Part shown: one piece after another, positions 52,593 to 56,956 of the stretch
Layout of the letters: every line of letters starts with the position of its first letter
Position numbering within the stretch: the stretch's first letter is position 1
DNA from: Minisyncoccia bacterium
GTDB lineage: Bacteria > Patescibacteriota > Minisyncoccia > Phycocordibacterales > GWA1-40-21
Assembly: GCA_049287185.1 (NCBI GenBank)
Contig: JBAQFI010000014.1
Coordinates: 1-56,956, forward strand
DNA length: 56,956 bases
Direction of reading: 5' to 3'
The notes under the pieces: generated by a model
Told to the model about the DNA's origin: nothing
Databases searched by the model: none
What the model saw: only the letters and a program-made list of their open reading frames with translations
Program-made: the position numbers and the translations under genes

Positions 52593-53174
52593 ATGAATGA
52601 ACAGAAACAGATTGCGAAGCTACACGCTATTGTATTGGAAAATCTTCCGGAGATGACTAGCGAGCTGAGACAGGGATTAATCGTTAATCCAAAAAGGGTG
52701 AAGATTTTTCTTTCCGGTATAACCGATGTTGCTCTTGAAAAGATAGTTATTGTTACCCACAAATTTAATGACCGGATCGACTACAACCGTTTTTTTGATG
52801 ACTTTGTTAAAGCCGGAATGTACACTGGTGTAAGTGAGGATATGATTGACAAAAACTTTCCTTCTGTTGAAACCGGAAAAGGAGAAATTGAGTATGTTCT
52901 GTTTCACTTTAATCGCAGTATTTCTGAAGATGAAGTGATTGAAAAAATGGCATTGTCGGGTTGTGTGCGGCCAACAATGAAAGAATTTCTGAATTTTGGG
53001 GAAAAACACCCAGAAATTCAGAAGGAATTTACTATTATAGCTTCTGGCATTGTTTTTCGAGACTGTTCTCGAAAAAATTGTTTCATCAGTCATAGATTCT
53101 TAGGAATGAGTAAAATCAATGGTGGCCGTTGGAATGGTGACTGTCGTTTCCTCGCCGTCAAAATCAGTAAATGA
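52593..53174 (+). CDS. hypothetical protein
   Basis: 193 aa ORF downstream of a strong promoter with an AAGGAAAAAA RBS-like tract. No family is recognised. Confidence 0.5.
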   Translation: MNEQKQIAKLHAIVLENLPEMTSELRQGLIVNPKRVKIFLSGITDVALEKIVIVTHKFNDRIDYNRFFDDFVKAGMYTGVSEDMIDKNFPSVETGKGEIEYVLFHFNRSISEDEVIEKMALSGCVRPTMKEFLNFGEKHPEIQKEFTIIASGIVFRDCSRKNCFISHRFLGMSKINGGRWNGDCRFLAVKISK

Positions 53175-53290
53175 TCTTTGTTTCAACGTAGGCCCTTCGT
53201 ATATCTTGCCTTGGCAAGCTCTATATTGAAGGGTCTTTTTTATTTCCATTTCTAATGACTTTTTTTGGTTTTTTTGCTATCTTTAGACGT

Positions 53291-56200
53291 ATGAGCGCCG
53301 AAATAGAAAAGAAAGATATCAAGAGTCAGATTGCGGAAAAGGAAGAAAAAATTCTGGAATTTTGGAATAAAGAGAAAATTTTTCAGCAAACTTTAGATAA
53401 AAAATCTCCTAAAGGCGAGTATGTTTTTTACGATGGTCCACCTTTTGCCACTGGCACACCACATTATGGTCATCTTCTCGCTGGAACTATCAAAGATGTT
53501 ATTCCACGTTATAAAACTATGTGCGGTTTTCACGTTCGTCGTCAATGGGGCTGGGATACACACGGATTGCCAGTCGAAAACTTGGTAGAAAAGGAATTTG
53601 GTTTAAAAAACAAAAAAGATATTGAAGATTTTGGAGTAAAGAAATTTAATGAGGCCGCGCGCGCCAGTGTTTTGCGTTATGCCGAAGATTGGAAAAAAGT
53701 CGTGCCAAGAATGGGACGTTTTATTGATATGGAAAATGATTACCGCACCATGAACTCTTCTTACATGGAAACAGTAATGTGGATTTTCAAGCAATTACAC
53801 AGCAAGGGTTTAGTTTATGAAGGTTTTAAATCTATGCACCTCTGTCCGCACTGTGGTACTACACTATCAAACTTTGAAGTGGCCCAAGGCTATAAAGATA
53901 TAACCGATATTTCTGCGACCGCCAAGTTTGAATTGATTGATGAACCTGGGACTTTCTTCCTCGCTTGGACAACTACTCCTTGGACCTTACCTGGTAACGT
54001 TGCTCTCGCCGTAAATCCCGATATTGATTACGTAAAAATTAAAGTCGGAGAAGTTTTTTATATTTTAGCCGAAAAACGCTTGTCGGTTATTAAAGATACA
54101 TACGAAATTGTAAATAAAGTTCAAGGTAGTGAACTGATTGGCAAAAGCTATAAACCACTTTTTGATTATTACACAAAAGCTCAACCGCCAATTGAAAATA
54201 TCGGTAATGGTTACAAAGTTTACCCAGCCGAATTTGTCACCACTGAAGATGGAACGGGTATCGTGCACATCGCCCCAGCTTTTGGTGAGGATGATTTGAA
54301 ACTTGGACAAAAATTTAAATTGCCGTTTATTCAGCATGTCAGCTTTGATGGCAAGATGAAGCCAGAAGTAACGGATTTTGCAGGGCTAATGGTCAAACCA
54401 GCTACCAAAGAGGGAGAAAAGGACTCGCAACAAAAAACTGATATTGAAGTGATTAAATATTTAGCTGGTAAAGGTACTCTTTTTGCTAAAGAAAAATTTA
54501 TTCACTCCTATCCGCATTGTTGGCGTTGTGAAACTCCACTATTAAATTACGCGACCTCATCTTGGTTTGTAGAAGTGACGAAAATTAAAGACCAGCTAGT
54601 AAAAATAAATAGTAAAATCGGTTGGGTACCACCAGAAATAGGTGATGGACGTTTCGGTAAGTGGTTAGAAGGGGCTAGGGACTGGGCGATTTCTCGCTCA
54701 CGTTATTGGGGAGCACCGTTACCAATTTGGCGCTGTGCCGATTGTGAAAAAACGGAAGTTTTTGGCAGTATTAAAGAAATTAAAGAAAAGATTGGTGCAA
54801 AAAACAAATATTTTGTAGCTCGTCATGGCCAAGCTGAGAATAATGTTTTGGGTATTTTAAGTTGTGATCCGAAAAGACCACATCACTTGACTGAACTGGG
54901 CAAAAAACAAGTTAAGAATAACGCTGATTCTCTAAAGAAAAAAGGAGTCAAAATTGACCTCATTATTTATTCTCCATTTGTTCGTACAGAAGAAACCGCT
55001 GAAATTTTTGCTAAAGAACTTGATGTAAATAAAGAAAGCATGATTGAAGATAATCGCTTGCATGAGGTTAATGCTGGAATCTTGGATATGCATTCCGATG
55101 CCGAATATCAGGCCTTTTTTGGTACCAGAGAGGAAAAGTTTTATAAAGTGCCAGAAGGTGGCGAGAGTCATACAGACGTAAAAAATCGCATGACCTCGGT
55201 TCTCTATGATTTACACGAGAAATATTCTGGTAAAAATATTTTGCTTGTGACTCACAATACACCAGCTTGGCTTATGTTTGCCGGAGCGGAAGGTGATACA
55301 CCAGAAAAAGCGATTGAACTTCGTCATGAAGCTCATGACTTTATCAAAAACACGGAAATAAAAGATTTGGAATTTGTACCATTACCACATAATGATAATT
55401 ATGAATTGGATTTTCATCGCCCATATATCGATGAAGTAAATATTCCTTGTCAGTGTGGTGGCACAATGAAGCGAGTTAAAGAAGTTTTTGATTGTTGGTT
55501 TGAATCCGGATCTATGCCTTATGCCCAATATCATTATCCATTTGAAAATTTGGATAAGTTTAATCCAGAAAAGGGAATTGGTTTCCCGGCTGAGTTCATT
55601 GGTGAAGGGTTGGACCAGACTCGAGGTTGGTTTTATTCCATGCTCATTATTGCAGTTGGACTTTTTGAACAAACATCATACAAAAATGTTATCGTTAACG
55701 GAATTATTTTAGGTGAAGATGGACAAAAGATGTCCAAACGTTTGAAAAATTATCCTGACCCGATGTATGTCGTTTCCAAATATGGTGCCGATGCTTTGCG
55801 TTACTCATTATTGGCTAGCCCAGTGGTGAAAGCCGAGGACATGATTTTTTCTGAAAAGGGAGTAGACGAAGTAGTGAAGAAATTAATCATGAGACTAAAT
55901 AATGTTTACACTTTTTACGAAACCTATAAATCAGAGGAAGAAAAAATTGCTAATCCAAAATCCAGGAATGTTTTAGACGTCTGGATTGCCGTTCGTCTAA
56001 AAGAATTAGCAGTAACAGTTTCTTCAGCGCTCGATCGCTATGAATTAGATAAAGCGTCTCGACCTTTTGCCGATTTTATTGATGATCTTTCTACCTGGTA
56101 CTTGCGCCGTTCCCGTGACCGTTTCAAGTCGGATGATTTGAAGGATAAAAAACTAGCCGTAGAAACTAGCCGTTGGGTTCTGTTTGAAACCGCCAAGGTT

Positions 56201-56815
56201 CTAGCACCTTTTATGCCTTTTCTGGCTGAATCCCTATGGCAAAACCTAAAGACAAGCAAAGATGAGGTCAGTGTTCATTTAACCAATTGGACAGAATTTG
56301 TTGAACTTACGAAAGACGAAAAAGACATCCTGACCCAGATGGCCGAAGTTCGTAAAGCGGTTTCCCTCGGTTTAGAAGCACGAGCCAAATCTCAAATTAA
56401 AGTGCGTCAACCACTTTCCAAATTAACTCTTAAGGATAAATCTTTAGCTAATGAAAAAGAATTAATCGATTTAATTATTGCGGAAGTAAATGTTAAGGAA
56501 GTTAATTTTGACGAAAAAATTCCAGAGGCGGTTATTCTTAATACAGAAATTACTCCAGAATTAAAGGCCGAGGGAATGTTTAGAGATTTGGTTCGAGCGG
56601 TCCAAGATTTGCGTAAGACCAAAGGCTTGGCAGTGGGGGAAGAAGCTATCTTAACAATCGGAACCGACAATACCGGACGCCAATTTGTGGAGAAAAATTT
56701 AACAGAGTTATCTAAAGTTGCCTCACTAACTAAAGTTGAGTTTAAAGAAAAAGGGGAAATGGAAGTAATCGCTATTGAAGATTTAATTTTCGAATTAAAT
56801 TTGATGAAGAATTAA
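53291..56815 (+). CDS. ileS: isoleucine--tRNA ligase (type 2) carrying an inserted histidine-phosphatase domain
   Basis: HYGHLL (HIGH), KMSKRL (KMSKS), editing CP1 domain, zinc-binding CxxC pairs. The start is set at MSAEIEKK (the ORF opens at 53255). An extra domain of about 190 aa sits at 54805-55370. Confidence 0.95.
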   Translation: MSAEIEKKDIKSQIAEKEEKILEFWNKEKIFQQTLDKKSPKGEYVFYDGPPFATGTPHYGHLLAGTIKDVIPRYKTMCGFHVRRQWGWDTHGLPVENLVEKEFGLKNKKDIEDFGVKKFNEAARASVLRYAEDWKKVVPRMGRFIDMENDYRTMNSSYMETVMWIFKQLHSKGLVYEGFKSMHLCPHCGTTLSNFEVAQGYKDITDISATAKFELIDEPGTFFLAWTTTPWTLPGNVALAVNPDIDYVKIKVGEVFYILAEKRLSVIKDTYEIVNKVQGSELIGKSYKPLFDYYTKAQPPIENIGNGYKVYPAEFVTTEDGTGIVHIAPAFGEDDLKLGQKFKLPFIQHVSFDGKMKPEVTDFAGLMVKPATKEGEKDSQQKTDIEVIKYLAGKGTLFAKEKFIHSYPHCWRCETPLLNYATSSWFVEVTKIKDQLVKINSKIGWVPPEIGDGRFGKWLEGARDWAISRSRYWGAPLPIWRCADCEKTEVFGSIKEIKEKIGAKNKYFVARHGQAENNVLGILSCDPKRPHHLTELGKKQVKNNADSLKKKGVKIDLIIYSPFVRTEETAEIFAKELDVNKESMIEDNRLHEVNAGILDMHSDAEYQAFFGTREEKFYKVPEGGESHTDVKNRMTSVLYDLHEKYSGKNILLVTHNTPAWLMFAGAEGDTPEKAIELRHEAHDFIKNTEIKDLEFVPLPHNDNYELDFHRPYIDEVNIPCQCGGTMKRVKEVFDCWFESGSMPYAQYHYPFENLDKFNPEKGIGFPAEFIGEGLDQTRGWFYSMLIIAVGLFEQTSYKNVIVNGIILGEDGQKMSKRLKNYPDPMYVVSKYGADALRYSLLASPVVKAEDMIFSEKGVDEVVKKLIMRLNNVYTFYETYKSEEEKIANPKSRNVLDVWIAVRLKELAVTVSSALDRYELDKASRPFADFIDDLSTWYLRRSRDRFKSDDLKDKKLAVETSRWVLFETAKVLAPFMPFLAESLWQNLKTSKDEVSVHLTNWTEFVELTKDEKDILTQMAEVRKAVSLGLEARAKSQIKVRQPLSKLTLKDKSLANEKELIDLIIAEVNVKEVNFDEKIPEAVILNTEITPELKAEGMFRDLVRAVQDLRKTKGLAVGEEAILTIGTDNTGRQFVEKNLTELSKVASLTKVEFKEKGEMEVIAIEDLIFELNLMKN
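54805..55370 (+). other. histidine phosphatase (PGAM-like) domain embedded in IleS
   Basis: YFVARHGQAENN (RHG), YSPFVRTEETA (second Arg), GGESHTDV and LLVTHNTP (distal His). The flanks are canonical IleS sequence: WRCADCEK upstream and DFHRPYIDE...DCWFESG downstream. Confidence 0.8.
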
Positions 56816-56824
56816 GTCAGAGAG

Positions 56825-56862
56825 TCAAAGCCGGCGCCCAAAGGGCGCCGGCTTTGAGTTTT
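56825..56862 (+). terminator. intrinsic terminator after ileS
   Basis: GC-rich hairpin TCAAAGCCGGCGCCC/GGGCGCCGGCTTTGA followed by GTTTT. Confidence 0.8.
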
Positions 56863-56956
56863 AATCATTATTCTTTATAATTGTCTTAATTCATCAATTT
56901 TGAATTTTAATTTTTAAATTTTGAATTATTTCAATGTCCCACCACATCTACCACAC

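Noticed and set aside
54805-55370. The IleS insertion as an intein.
   Set aside because: There are no intein splice-junction residues or Hint/HNH/LAGLIDADG blocks. The insert instead has the RHG...R...E...H signature of histidine phosphatases and is flanked by normally spaced IleS motifs.

Overview
AT-rich bacterial chromosome segment, about one third G+C by eye. Its gene content and style suggest a small-genome Candidate Phyla Radiation / Patescibacteria-type organism: short intergenic regions, a PilMNO pilus cluster, DUF5652-like small membrane proteins, many palindromic intergenic repeats and tRNA genes without encoded CCA. Most of the window is housekeeping. It encodes TsaE, PolA, Fpg, a Mur ligase, RuvA, S20, RuvX, a pseudouridine synthase, L19, a PduO-type adenosyltransferase, malic enzyme, a Sua5/YrdC protein, a MarR plus MacAB-like efflux operon, FolD, ArgS and IleS.

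Four things stand out.
1. All seven tRNA genes are followed by a family of 150-250 nt structured elements that I do not recognise. Each element carries a segment complementary to its own tRNA's 3' end and ends in a second copy of that 3' end. Copies are nested three deep after tRNA-His.
2. An approximately 8.4 kb integrative island (about 12041-20406) sits at the 3' end of a tRNA-Arg(GCG). It separates that tRNA from its companion element. The island carries a large serine recombinase, a RepA/RecA-like ATPase and a 711 aa Abi/UG-like reverse transcriptase with three small co-oriented genes, which is a candidate defence cassette.
3. IleS contains a complete histidine-phosphatase (PGAM-like) domain inserted into the synthetase body.
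4. A 2156 aa surface protein is built from tail-fibre-like repeats, three glycine-rich modules and a C-terminal S74-type auto-processing chaperone domain.

No rRNA genes and no CRISPR array were seen. All functional calls come from reading motifs in the supplied translations, and no database searches were possible.
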